This document shows, one piece after another, positions 49,201 through 64,000 of a DNA stretch of 64,000 nt. Source of the DNA: Zygnema circumcarinatum SAG 698-1b (lineage: Eukaryota > Plantae > Zygnematophyceae); the NCBI GenBank assembly GCA_037447605.1, contig CM074820.1:62001-126000 (forward strand). The letters are read 5' to 3'. A model generated the notes under the pieces. It ran no database searches. It was given only the letters and a program-made list of their open reading frames with translations, and was not told the origin of the DNA. The stretch's first letter is position 1, and the number at the start of each line of letters is the position of its first letter. Position numbers and translations under genes: made by a program.

Positions 49201-52200
49201 TCATACCTGGGACTCATTCAAAAGGTAGGCGGCGTTGTAAGAAGCGAAGGCGATGATGTTTCGTTGAGCAAGGAAGGAAGCAATGGATTTTTTACCTTTG
49301 CTTTATCTTTCAGGTTGTCCTATACGATCGGTTTTGGAAAAGGTAACCATTTTTTGGGTCATCCTGCAGTAGTGCACCCTGATCAGCGCGTTAATAGAAT
49401 GTAGGAGCCACTGAAGACTGTCAGGTTTCGAACAAGTTGGCTCTCTCGTTGCCTGTACATCGCTGTAGTCGTTTCTGTCGCGATAAATGGCAGCTGGAAG
49501 GTTCTGCCTAAGCTCAATGTGCTTATGCTTTCCCTGACATTTTGTCGTTCTTTGAAATCACATCCTTGTGTTGAACTTTGTTGGATGTGTAGATCCCGCA
49601 CTTGGTGGAGCTGGGTGTCACGGCGGTTGAGCTGTTGCCTGTCTTTGAATACGATGAGTTCGAGTTTCAACGCCGCCCAAATCCGCGAGATCACATGGTT
49701 TTGTCGCATCCTTGAACCCTGTTCACTGTTCTGCTTGTACAATCATTGATTCAAGATGTACACTAGCGCAGGTGGTGTAGCATGTAGATTACGTGGAACA
49801 GAAGGCATTCGAACTTAAGGGGACATTGTAAGACCGATTTTAAGGCTGATTTTGAAACAGCTGACCCTGTTCCATGCTCGCAGTTTCGCAAGACTCACTG
49901 AATTCAGTTGCAAGCGCAGGTGAACACGTGGGGCTATTCCACCATAAACTTCTTTGCTCCCATGAGCCGCTATGCGAGCAACGGAGGGGGTCCCGCAGCT
50001 GCTTCAAGGGAGTTCAAGGAGATGGTGAAGGCCTTGCACGCGGCGGGCATTGAGGTGGGGGCCGCCCCTCCCTGCCCTGCTCTCAACTTCACTTGCTGAG
50101 GTCTCAGTCAGTTAGTCAGCCAATCGATTGCCTTTGGCATGATCGAACATGATCTGAGTCTCTTGACTTGAGACCATGGTTCCACGTGTGCCTGATGCAA
50201 ATCCTTCGTTGGGTGCACAGGTTTGGCTGGATGTGGTGTACAATCATACAAATGAATTAGACGACGCTTTCCCCTACTTAACTTCGTTCCGAGGAATTGA
50301 TAACCTGGTGAGCATCGCGTTCATAGTAACTTCTGTGGTTCATCACCTGACGGATGTACAGGCAGGACAGCTCAAAATGCTTAGGCATGGTATTGCTTGT
50401 CATACATTCGAACACTTTCGGGACCTCGTTCTCAAACAAAGCCTGACAAAAATAACAGAAGCGAATTTCTTGGTTGTTTCGACTTCTTCCTTAGCATGGG
50501 AATCGGCTGAAAGCGGGGTCGAGTGACACCGGGGGGGATTTGCAGGTGTATTACATTGTGGATACAAACGCTTACGTGCAGCTGGCCAATTATGCGGGCT
50601 GTGGTGCGTTGCATGGAGGGAGTTTGCATGCTGTAGAGGAGAGCTTCCTTGTCTTTCAAGCTGGGATGCTCCAATTAGAGTTGCTGTAATTTGTCTGACG
50701 GTTTACGGTTCCAAATTGCAAGCAAGTGTCGGGATACCGTGGATAGGGAAAGGCTATGAAGCCATCCGTGTACCATGGCCCTTGCAACGCTTTTTCCTGC
50801 TTCCTGCACACTGACTGACTGACTGACTGACTGACTGACTGAGTGCGTGCGTGCTCGGAGGGCTCCAGGGAACACGCTGAACTGCAACCATCCGGTCGTC
50901 ACGGAGCTCATCCTCGCCAGCCTCCGCCACTGGTTGGTGCCAACCAACCAACCAACCAACCTCCCTCCGCGCTCTGGCACGCACGCACTGGTGCTTTTGA
51001 GCACTCACTGACTGAAATTCCCAAGATGCCAAATCTGCATCTTCTCTTCTCCTTCTTCTTCTTCTTTCTTCTCCTTCTTCTTCTTCTTCTTCTTCTTTCT
51101 TTTTCTTCTTCTTCTTCTTCTCCTTCTTCTTTCTCCTTTCTTCGCCTTCACCTTCTTCCTTCTTCTTTGTTCTTGGTGGTTGGCGCGTCGTGACGCGGTG
51201 CGGGGGGGCGCCTGAAGGGGTTGCCACGTGGCAGGGTGAGGGAGTACCACGTGGACGGGTTCCGGTTCGACCTCGCGAGCGTGCTCTGCCGCGGGACGGA
51301 CGGAGCGCCGCTCGCGGGCGCGCCCCCGCTCGTGCGGGTCAGCGCAGCGCGTCACCGTGACACCGCGCCGCGCCGCGCTGCGCCGAACTCAAACTCAAAC
51401 TGGAACTGAAACTGAAACTGAAACTCTGGCGGGCGGGTATCCCGTTGGGGACGCGCAGGCCATAACGAAGGACGTCGTCCTGGCGGACGCGAAGCTGGTG
51501 GCGGAGCCGTGGGACTGCGCGGGCCTTTACCTCGTCGGCTCCTTCCCCAACTGGGACAGGTGCGGGGGGGGGATACCTATGGCTTTTAGGGTTTTTGGGG
51601 GCATAATGTGCAACCCATGGGGGACTTCCAAGATAGGCCATCCATCTTGACTTTTCTCGTTAAGTTGCTTTACTCTTGCTTTGTCTGTTAGGAACAACTT
51701 TGATATGAATAAAGTTTGCGATAAGCGCTTGAACAAGCTCCCTTTGCAGGCTGTGGGATAACTTCTGCAAATTGTGGTGGGAGACATGCAGATGGGGCGA
51801 ATGGAATGGAGCCTACCGAGATGACGTGCGCCGCTTTATCAAGGTCGATTCTTTCATCTTAATGGCCCTGCGGTTACTTCTTGCAGCCGCTGACCGCCTC
51901 TGACTAACCTTAGCCATTGAGAGAGTATTGCAGGGAGATGAAGGGATGAAGAGTGCCTTTGCGACACGGCTCGCAGGATCCGCAGACCTCTATAATGTCC
52001 GTCAGTGAGCCCTCGTCAGATTTCTAACGCAAAACTTGCCTGCACTTCCATATCAATCTTTGCATGGATTGACTCTTCACAGGTCCTTAAAGCACTGCTA
52101 CCATTACGCTAGAACGGCTCAAGTTTCTGCTGCAAACACTTACTGTAAAAAATGGGGATTGGCAATGAGCAGGTGAATCACAGAAAGCCATATCACAGCG

Positions 52201-54478
52201 TCAACTTTGTCATTGCACACGATGGATTTACCCTCATGGATCTCGTATCCTACAACTCGAAGGTGCGTATGGGCACGCTTTATGACAAATGAATTGTTTG
52301 AACAACTAGAGTTTCATGGCAGAAAAAGATGATGCGCAATGTAAAAAGGAGGCTTAGAAGCTGAAGATGCTGGTCTTTGCTGCTGACCGTATTGGAGAGT
52401 CAAGTGATACACACTTGTGTTAAGGTTCTGGAAAAGCTTGCTCTGTTTCTCTTCGGACCTTTGTTTTATAGTAACAATGGGTCCCATAATCATTGGGGAG
52501 GAGATTGGTGCTCATAAAATGTGCAAGTCTTTGTGGTACACTCAGCACAATGAAGCGAACGGGGAGGGCGGCCGTGACGGCAGTAACGACAATTTTAGCT
52601 GGAACTGCGGAGCGGAGGGTGAGAGCACACAAGAACGGAGCCCTGCTCTCAGTGCTCCTTCGCGAGCGTATGCTCTGACCACTTGTCGAAGAAAAAAACA
52701 TTCTTTGGGAAACAGTGAACATGAAGAAGCAGCTCACATGCAGGAGGGTGTGCGGTTGCGGTGCAGGTCCAACAGACGATCCCGGAGTGAACGCATTACG
52801 GGTTCGGCAAGCGAAGAATCTTCATGCGGCACTCATGCTCTCGCAGGTTCGGAATGCTTTGCTTCATACTGCTTCTTCATTTGATTTTTACCTTCCTCGC
52901 GATTCCTTTCTCGATTTTAGAAGGCGATTGAGTTCAATAACGGAGGAAACATGATCTTGTTGTTGTGTTTCACCGCCATCTGTTTTGATTCCATCATACA
53001 CTTGTTGGAAGTTTACTAAGAAGTACGGCACTGTTTGATGGAATAGGGCTGCCCCATGATGCTGATGGGTGACGAGTATCTGCACACGCGAGGAGGAAAT
53101 AACAACAGCTATGGGCATGATAACTTCTTGAACCATTTTCAATGGCATCAGGTGGGCAATAACGGTCTGCTGAAGGATGGGAGAGAGCAGATGTGAAAGG
53201 GGGGAAAGGTGGGGGGGTGTCTTGGTACCGCCCATGGGAGTTGTGATAATGCCATCTTTCCTGCTTCACTTAATTTCAACTTTAAGTGCAAAGAGGACTC
53301 AGAAGATTATAATGACTGTACTTCCATTGTCTAACGACTGGCAGCTCGTTTTGGATATCAATGGAGTGTGTTCAGCTGGAGGCTGAACGAACAAAGACTT
53401 TCAGATTCTTCTCTGAAACGATTGCATTCCGTAAACGACACCCGCTTCTCGGAAGGGATTCATTCTTGACAGATGTGAGAAATGGCAGACCTGTTGAGCC
53501 TAAACATGTTGAATGTTCTGTTGGGACGTCAATGTGACGTGCCAGACTGTGTCATTCAGATCAAATATTTTCGCCAATGGGCAGGCTTGGCCATGGGAGC
53601 AAAGTTATTGCGCATATTCACATTTTGTTTTGTCGCCCGTCTTTAGAAAGTTGGATGCATTTTCTGTGTGCAGGGCGATGTAACTTGGCACGAGGACAAC
53701 TGGGACAACCCCGACAGTCGCTTTCTCGCCTTCACGTAGGTCACCGTTCCTCCCTCCTCGTGGGGCACCATGGCTTGTTTCACTCGCCATTGAGTGGTGA
53801 GATGCTATCCTCCCCAATAGCAGGTAAAATACTACTCACTTGGACATGTTTGTGACTTGTTTTGGAAAGGAGAATCTTCATGGTCACCAGATATCATTTG
53901 AAATGGGTAAGTTGCAGTTAGGAAACAGGTCAACGCTTAAATTTCGACTCAACTGGATTGGATTGGGTTGTCTAGTTCATGGAGTGATCAGCTGTCAGTT
54001 GTACAAAAAAGGGGTTGACAAAAGGTAGCTCGTGTCAATCAATGACTCTACGAAAAAAATCCTGCTAAACGGAGGGAGGTTGATGGATGATGCTGAGCAG
54101 GCTGCACGACAGAGGCCAAGGCCACGGCAGCATCTATGCGGCGTTCAATGCGCACACCTATTTTGTGAACGTTGCGCTCCCATCGCCCCCGAGCGGCAAG
54201 GCGTGGCGGAGAGTGGTGCGCCCTCCCCCTTCCTCCATGGCCTGCCTCCTTTCTGCCCGCCCCCGTGCATGAGTCTGAGTGTGCCTGCCAGCTTCAAAAG
54301 GCCGAGCGGGCGTGGGAGTGACCAGAGGGTTTGGGTTTTGAGGGATGGACGGATGCCTTGGCAGATGGACACGAATCTGCCGCCCCCAAACGATGTCGTG
54401 GAAGGCGGCGTGGGAGGGCTGGAGGCGCACTACAATGTGGCGCCCTTCTCGTGCATTGTGCTCGTAGCGAGGAGCTAG
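46246..54478 (+). CDS. ISA3: Isoamylase 3 (GH13 starch debranching enzyme), plastid-targeted, multi-exon
   Basis: [93 protein letters not shown], catalytic [18 protein letters not shown] and [12 protein letters not shown], ending [15 protein letters not shown]-stop. The start at 46246 with a Ser/Pro-rich transit peptide is inferred. Confidence 0.95.
50812..51425 (+). repeat. Microsatellite cluster inside ISA3: (GACT)n 50812-50843, (CCAA)n ~50938-50960, (CTT)n-type pyrimidine tract ~51040-51175, (AAACTS)n ~51385-51425
   Basis: Read directly. Confidence 0.93.
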
Positions 54479-55573
54479 GGCGGCTGGGCTGCGAACGTTC
54501 ACAAGGGCGGACTGTCGTTGTGGGAGGCCAAGGGCCGTCGGCAGGCGCACCGAAGAGAGCGCTTGTTTGACCACCCTCTTGGTCGCCTGCGCTTTGTACA
54601 AAACACTTGAAACCTAACTGTACATTCAATTCTTGCTCATCGTGTGGCTGTCGCACTGTACTCGCCGCTCGCTCGGACCTTGCTTAGAGCCACAGCCGGT
54701 CGGTCTGTCGGTCGGTGCTCTTGACAGCATGCATGCATGCATGCATGGTTAGTAATAATGGCCATTCGACTCTTGGCGGAAAGCCGAAGGAAATCACCAT
54801 GGAACAACCAAGGCTGGTCTGTCGAATGATCGGAACAATGCATGCATGCTCCAACGGCTGGACCCATGACCAAATAAGGCCCACATTCGCCCTTGTTCTC
54901 AACACGGCTGCGCTAGAGACGACGCGCCTCCCTCGGCCGGTGAGTGCGCGCTGACGTCATCGAGATGTGCAAAAAACGTAGACGGTACCAAATGAAAGTT
55001 GTGGCTACCGTGAGGTCAATGCACATCCTTTCCTAACGTTTGGCCCAACCAATGCTTGATCCAACCAACGGTCGTGGTCGCCATGGAACCCGACCACATG
55101 TACGGCACAGCGTGGACCTCGTCCCTCGTTCCATGCCACAGTTTCGGAGTTTCACGTGATTCAGTTGAAACGGGGAGCAGTCAGGGGGGACGCGCAGGGC
55201 GGCATGGAAACCCTAATGTTGCCTCGGAGCGCTGCGCTGGGGCAGGCAGAGCAGAGCGCAGACTCGAGGACAGGCGGAGGGCAGGTCTTCGCGCCCTTCG
55301 AATGAAATTGCTCAAATTGACACCTTTCAATGGCTCCGCTCCTAGCAGTACTCGCCTCCTTGTGTCTGTAATGTCTTTCTTTTGTGAAGTTTAAAAAAAA
55401 CTGATCCAAATACTCTCTTCTTATAATTGAAGGAAATGTGGAAAGGGAGAGCCGGAATACAGTGAGGAAAACAGGAAGGAGGATGCTTATTCGTACATTC
55501 TTTCGGCAGAGGGAAAAGTTGACTTAGAGCAAAGGGCAATAGCTGTCTTTGAAGCGGAGGATAGGAAATAGTT

Positions 55574-57659
<2,086 letters not shown>

Positions 57660-58747
57660 GTCTTCAAAACCTTTTTATCCGTGCCCTGAGCAGTAAAGCG
57701 GCATGATGGAGAGAAAAGTTGAAGCGCCAAAAAAAGTTGATGGTTGCAGTTATTTTTCAGACAGAAGTCCACCAAGGATTTGATAGACTCTGTGGGGATC
57801 TGTTCCGTGAACCCTGCTGTCGGAATTTTGCTTCCTACACATTCGTTGTAGTGTGGGTGCGACCAGCAGGTCGGAGTTTGCATCATTCTGCCCACAGTTG
57901 CATGCACCGTTATTGGCCTCAGTATATGGTGTCATTGGTTTTTAGGAATTACAGAAACACTGGCTCTCTCTGGCTTCCTCGTATCGTTTCTAACTTGGGT
58001 GTCTACTATGGAAGTTTTTCGCCCTAAGCATTTATTTTGTTTTTCTTGTTGGCTGCAGGGATTAAACTCAGACGTTCTTCTCCAACAATATCCGAATCAG
58101 TTTTGTAACGTAGTGTAGGCCTTTAGCGCATGCTTGTCGACCTCAATGGATGCTGCGGATTTCCCTCCTGTTCAGCGTTTGAGGCTCTTTTCATAGCTAG
58201 GTTGGCTTTCACGGTGAATGTGAAGCTTCCGCGATACAATGTGAATAAAGGAGGTGACGTTTTCCACTTGACAACAGTCAACAGCGCATGCGCATGACTA
58301 TGTTCTACTCTTGCAGTTACATAGGAGCCCACGGAGGCAGTCATCCTGCTTTGCATGGACGGGTCAGTCACACCACTCTCATATTCAAGGAGAGTTTGCT
58401 CACTTTCGACAAAGGTCAATGAGATCATTGGCTACGGACGTGAAAATCTATGCACGTCCCCAGGGCACTAAGCTGGGGCTGCCCCGCGAGGAGGAGAGTC
58501 ACCTGCGCCGCCCTGTGGCCGCGTGCTCTAGTCAGCACGTGCTCCTTAAGAGCCGCGTCTACAGGATTGATGGCTACGACAATCTAAGTGCACTCTGCAG
58601 CACGGCTAACTGACTTAACAAACTTACGACATGTTCAAAAGGTAAACTGAAGTTTGCGAATGCAGGACGCTCCCTGCGGGGCTCCCTGCGGGGTATGTAC
58701 ATGGGGCGACGGGACAAAGTTTTCTGAGGAAGGAGTGGCAGGCTGTC

Positions 58748-60080
58748 CTAGTAGCCAAACTTGCGGAGCTCCGCTCTCCTCTTCTGCGCGAAGGCGTGCG
58801 CGTACGAGAAGATGTGCGCCATGCCCTCCGTCCACAGCTCGAACGCCTCGCTGCTCGCCGCCCGCGCGAAGACCTCCCCGGCGGTCGTATCCATGCGGAA
58901 CTCCCTCGCGGCTGCGTCGCATATCTCAGTGGAGACCAGCTCCACTGCAAACAGGAAATATCAGTCAGTCGGGAATATGCTCACTCTCTGTTAAGTCTCA
59001 CTCATGGGTAGCAAAGGCGAGTCAGAGTCGGTTTCATTATGCGTTACCGACAAGCCTTTACATTTTTAATTTGCAGATGGTGTAAATTCGTTATAACTGT
59101 GGACTCTCTGGAGATCCGCTGGAGAGCACAAACACTTGAAGCGTGACTCTGAATTAACTTCCCGTAAATAAATCCTCAAATGACATGATCGTTCGGAAGT
59201 GCGCCTACCCTTGTGCAGGTTGCTGCCGAGCAGGTCCATGCTTTTCCACTGTAAAGTTACCTGAAACACCCCGCATTTAACAAGCAATAAAACACTTGGC
59301 TTTTCCAGTGAACAAGTGCATTGCATTCAAATATCTGCTGATTGGGCATCTCCTGAACTACGAATTTCGTTACGAGTAAATAAGTGGAACGCTTGAAAGA
59401 AAACTCACCGAGCCGAACTTGTCAACGACGACCGTGTACTTCCTGCGCTTGCCGTGCTTGTCGCCAGGATATCGCAACTTGAAAAGATAGTAACCTCCTT
59501 GAAGCTCTGCGAGCCAAAAGCTGACTGCGACAATATCAAACTTTGCTTTCACCATTCGGTTAAGCGGAATGACCTCCACGGCCGAGATTAAGCTTTTCTC
59601 TTCCCGCTGTTCCTGCTCATTAACGCTTGGTTCGGGCGCTACTTTCTTTGACATCTGCGCGACTTTTCCACTTCCCAACTTTGCCTGCTCCCACTCAGTC
59701 ACTGAGTTTTTGTGACCATTGCTGCCTACAGGAACGGTAAGGCTCCTATCCTCTCCCAGAGTCGATCTTCCTACAGAGTCTGGCTGCTCCACTGCTGTTG
59801 TTCTTTCAGTTGAGACCGTGCGCCTTAGCTTTAACGTCCTCCACTTGACCCTCCTCAGTGTCTTAATAGAATACTGGTGTCGTTTCTGCAGGGGTGTTGA
59901 GCAGTTTTCATGCGAGCTTTCTGGCACTTCTACTTCCGCAGAAGCTGGAGCTACTTCTTCACGAGCACCTCCACCTTCTTCATCGTCATGTAACGAGTCA
60001 CACACAGGTGGTTCCATGCTGCACGCATCCCGAGTACATGATGGGTTGGCAGTGCCCGCATCACATTGCTGTTCATCCAT
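58748..60080 (-). CDS. Putative PH-domain protein with an acidic disordered N-terminus (ends of the gene model uncertain)
   Basis: Spliced reading gives LQGGYYLFKLRY..KHGKRRKYTVVVDKFGS|VTLQWKS..LHK|VELVSTEIC..REFRMDTTAGEVFARAASSEAFELWTEGMAHI. This resembles PH beta-strands plus the C-terminal helix with its conserved Trp. Extra 5' (ATG 60561) or 3' (to ~58123) exons are possible. Confidence 0.6.
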
Positions 60081-61697
60081 TTCCGACGAAAGCCTCGACC
60101 AGTTCAGAAGTTATAATACATGACATAAGCGCATATCGCTTTCTGCAATAGCTCCAAACAAGAGCGTAAGCCACGGAACAAAGAGTTTGCAACATCATTC
60201 CGCTCAATATTAGGAGCTCACCTGTAACTTTGCGCCAAGCTAACAGCATATCCTGTCAGTCTACTATTCTCAGAGCAGGGAGGAAACGAAGTGCTAACTG
60301 CGAATGTACCGCCTGTTACTTATGTACGACCATCAGTAAATATAATGAACTCAAATTAGGATAAACAATTAGGGATTTCTTCTTCACGAGTGGCTTCCCT
60401 TCAACCACATGCCGCAGCAAAGCTCCTGCCATTGCCACGCATGAATTCCAAAAATCTAATGACCCGCACATGAATACACACATCTATACCATTCGAAACC
60501 ACGAACCTTGAGTCGCAAGCTCTAGCTTCCGGCCCAAGCTCCTCCGCACAAAGAGCTCCATCGCCCACTGCCTCGCCTCCCCTTCACTCAGGCTATATGC
60601 CGAATCCCTGCACGCATCTGGCGGCCCTGCCCTGCCCTGCCCTGCCCTTGCCCCGCTACAGCTGCCTGCCGGGGCCAGAAGCCATGGATTCGAGCCGAGC
60701 CTCGTGAGGCCTCCCCTCCCACTTCCGGTAGGCGTCGTGCGGGGGACTCGGACGCTGGACTACGTCGGGCAGGAAAAGTCACACCCAAAATGTTTCATTC
60801 TGCCCGCGTTACAGCGATAAAAGAGCTTGTGACCAATAGAAGCACTCAAGGACACGTGCGATGGTCAACGAACCGATACTTTGAAGAGTTTCGGTCAGGA
60901 TAACAATGTCTGAAATTTCCCCGTACAATACGGGCAGTTGAGAAGCTTCACTCAAAGCGGGCGCTTCAAGCCAATGAGGCTGCGAAGTTACACGCGCGAG
61001 AGCCAGCATGGACCGGGAGGTCTTTCTCGATCGGGCCGGGCAGAAAAACGTTCCGTTGGCCAATCACATGCTAGCATGGTGCGTGCGAGCCGGAATCTAT
61101 CCGTCCCAGCGGGCCGGGTCGGTGCGGACAGTCCAATGCGGGCGCCGCCTCGCGCGTGCGACACGGACGTGGCGGCACCGGCGAGGCCCTTTTGGCCAAG
61201 CGGGCGGCACCACGTGGCACGGGGCCGCCATGACTCCGGTCAAGCGCAGAGTAACGGTCAGGATCGGAAAAGTTCGTCGGCCTTCCCGCAAGTGCTGAGT
61301 CCAGCTGACGCAGCGTCATTGGCGCGACTCCACTTGACTGAGGAAATGATAATTTTGTCCCACTATCCGTGAAATGCGTTGGAGCTCCCCTCACACGTGC
61401 AAAAGCTCTTTGCGTGCACGTCGTGCCACGTGGTCGAGGTGCCGTACAAAACCTTGTCTGACGCGGGCCGGCAAGTGCCTACGTGGCGTAAGGAGAGAGC
61501 AGATGACGAGGAACTCGTGCACGTAGATGGAAGCGTTCACACTGCCGCCGTTGAGGCATTCACTCGTGCGTCGTTGTCAGTCCGAACTCGGGGTAGGCCA
61601 TGCGAGAGGCCGCGCGTTTGGGCAACATGCGCTGCTCATGTCCTACCCATGTTCCAACCCCAGAACTTCACAAAGCAGCAAGACGGAGCACGGGCAC

Positions 61698-61737
61698 CAT
61701 GCCATTCCATGCCATGCCATGCCATGCCATGCCATGG
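61698..61737 (+). repeat. (CCATG)n pentanucleotide microsatellite
   Basis: Read directly. The same unit, as (GGCAT)n, occurs at 63971-64000. Confidence 0.93.
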
Positions 61738-62154
61738 GTACAGAAGGCATGGCGAGGACGATGTCCAGAGACATTCTTGCAAGGAGGGGATCCACAAGGT
61801 ACAATGCGGCGGCGAAATGCAGCTAACATTCGGAACCGCATCGTCTCCACTAAAGCTTCCAGCTGCTGGTCTGTGGGCGGACCTCCCCAATTGATGATGG
61901 GAGCTCACGGCAAGTGCCATCCCCTATCTGGGACTTCAGACGGAGGGGGACGAACGAAGACTAAAGGGGAGACACAAAGAGCACAAATTTTCGAGGCCAA
62001 CTTTTTAGACGGAAGTGAAGATGTGATGCTGTAATGTACAGACACTCCGGCATGGCCACTACACAAAGGCGAGGATGAAATGAGCGGAGGAATTGGCTTG
62101 AGCAGCGAACGGCAACAATCACGGCCACCAAACGAGGCATTCATGCGTCTGTGC

Positions 62155-63916
62155 TCAGAGCGGTATGCCGCCACTGGAGAACTCCAGTACCTGCTCATCC
62201 CACTCACCAAACACTCTCAATGGTCAGAAAGTGTCGACTCTGTGCGCAGCGAACACAATAAACGGCCTGATGCAAGCCCGGTTGACTTTCGAGTTCAACA
62301 CTCTAATTTTCCAAGTGGGCAACATGGAGCCCGAACCCTTCCGCCAGTGTTGCCACTGCTCTACCAACCGTCGCATTGCCAAGGGGGGAGTAATCACCTG
62401 GCGAGGCGGCAGCTGGGAGAGCCAATCAGAGGCGTGCGTGGGCAACAGGCCTAACGCATTTAGCTGCAATTTTCCCGGGAAACAAGGGGCAAGTGGAGAC
62501 AAAAACTTAGGTTTCCAATATTTCTAAACGAGAAGTAAAAAATGGGGGATACTGTGAAAAGAGAACTTAGAAACGTGAGGCGTTAAGACTTTACTTAGAA
62601 ATAAATGAGGGAAAAGTGAAGATCGCAGGTCAAGACCAAGAAATGTGTGTCCCGCTACGGCCATTGAGCCATTTAGAAAAAAAGGAGTTCCAGGTTTTGT
62701 AGTTTCCAGGAAAAGGGAGGGCTTGAGGAAGGGAAATGGAGTACCTTCCACAGCCCCAAGATGAATCCTGCAACATTGATGGCACAAAAGAGGAGCTTCG
62801 GCAGCAGAACGTCTGTTCTCGGGTCTTGGAATGGCTCAAACACTGCAGAAAGACGTATTTTACATCCTTCATTACATTTCAGAATATGGGTCATGAACAT
62901 CGAAAGTATATGAACGTTTATAGCTCTCGATATAACTTGTCAATTAACCTGAGGGAAACAGGTCATTGAAATGGAGGGGCATCATCGAACAAGGGCTGCC
63001 AACATCGAAAAAGATTAGAAATACACTTACTCTTGTTTACTTGTTGAAATGCACTTATTGGTTGCCACACTGCTGAAAAGACGATCCCAATACTGAATAT
63101 GTGGACAGTGCTTCCCGCCATCCATAGCATGAAGGCCATCATGAGAATGTTCTTGACTGGGGCTTGCGCAGCCTCCCATGCTTTCTGAACCCAAGGAAAA
63201 AGAAAAACATCGCATGTCGAAATGCTTTAAAAAACTTCCGCCAGTTTAGCTTACTTCCATAACACGGCTTGCGGCTTTCGTTTGTGGATGAATCAGCTGT
63301 TAGAATTCTAGGCCTCCGCTTCCAGCTAAATAAGTGAAGTCATTTGGGATAAAGAGAGCCGTAGGAGAAGCTTTCCGGTGCGGGATGCTTACAACGATAG
63401 AGCAGAGGTCATCTCCTTTTGCATTCAGTCTGTTCGTACCTGCTGCTTCCAGGTAGAATCAACGTCCTTCACTTTTACAGCCTTCGACGACGTCTCCTCC
63501 TGAATCCGCCATAGCGAGCCTTGTCTTTCTTTCAGGGTAAACTAATGCATATCCCGCTAAACCTCACAATGTTTGAGCTGTTGTTTAAGAAATGCACAGG
63601 ACAAGGGAGAGGCAAATACACTGAAACTTACGCTAGCGTCAAGTTTCCTGAGAGATGAATTTGCTGCAAAAATGGAGGAGCCATAAACATGTATTATCAT
63701 GCCTAAGGTGAAAACGCCCAGCTAACACAGAATTTATCTGTACAATCAAAACCCTAACCCTAAAAAGCACCCGAAGGTGGAAAGGGCAACGAGGCCCACA
63801 GCATCCGCGGCCTGGCGATTGAACCCGAGTGGATCCGCGACCTCCCGCGTGGTCGATGGCGGCGCTTCTCCGAGGTCGACCGCCCATCTCCTCGCGGAGC
63901 GGCTCGAAGACGCCAT
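62155..63916 (-). CDS. EMC4: ER membrane protein complex subunit 4, six exons
   Basis: MASSSRSARRWAVD..DPLGF | STWKQQ | KAWEAAQAPVKNILMMAFMLWMAGSTVHIFSIGIVFSAVWQPISA | FEPFQDPRTDVLLPKLLF..GLWK | LNALGLLPTHASDWLS | VLEFSSGGIPL-stop. These match plant EMC4. Confidence 0.95.
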
Positions 63917-64000
63917 AGATTCGCCGGTGGAAGGAGAGAGCCGGGCACGAGGAGACAGCGGGCGATGGGAGGCATGGCATGGCATGGCATGGCATGGCAT

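Noticed and set aside
51005-51355. Lys/Glu/Arg-rich ORF on the minus strand
   Set aside because: Translation of the intronic (CTT)n tract in ISA3.

Overview
Intron-rich eukaryotic nuclear DNA, most consistent with a streptophyte green alga or early-diverging plant. The basis is plant-type SEC8, ISA3, homomeric ACCase, EMC4 and PRA1, an RLK/Pelle kinase, GC-rich gene starts and many microsatellites; the organism cannot be named from sequence alone. About 13 genes are supported, in order: SEC8 (-, runs off the left edge), TRM6 (+), a bacterial-type GH63 glucosyl/mannosylglycerate hydrolase (-), an RLK/Pelle-type (pseudo)kinase fused to eight Sel1-like repeats (-), acetyl-CoA carboxylase (+), a small tail-anchored protein (-), cytosolic PheRS alpha (-), a LisH-CTLH-WD40 protein (+), PRA1 (-), isoamylase ISA3 (+), PRP17/CDC40 (+), a PH-domain protein (-) and EMC4 (-). 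Many genes sit head-to-head across short CpG-rich promoters carrying G-box, CCGTAC, CCAAT, TGACGTCA and telo-box motifs. The most unusual element is the kinase-Sel1 gene: the catalytic HRD is HRE and DFG is DMS, and the repeats have an exact 108-bp period with an invariant half and a hypervariable half, suggesting a repeat-diversifying intracellular sensor. Second is the probably horizontally acquired GH63 gene under a dense G-box/ABRE cluster. No transposase, reverse transcriptase, rRNA, intact tRNA or CRISPR array was recognised. Most long ORFs in the six-frame track over GC-rich or repeat regions are spurious. All protein identifications are from recalled family motifs, not database searches.
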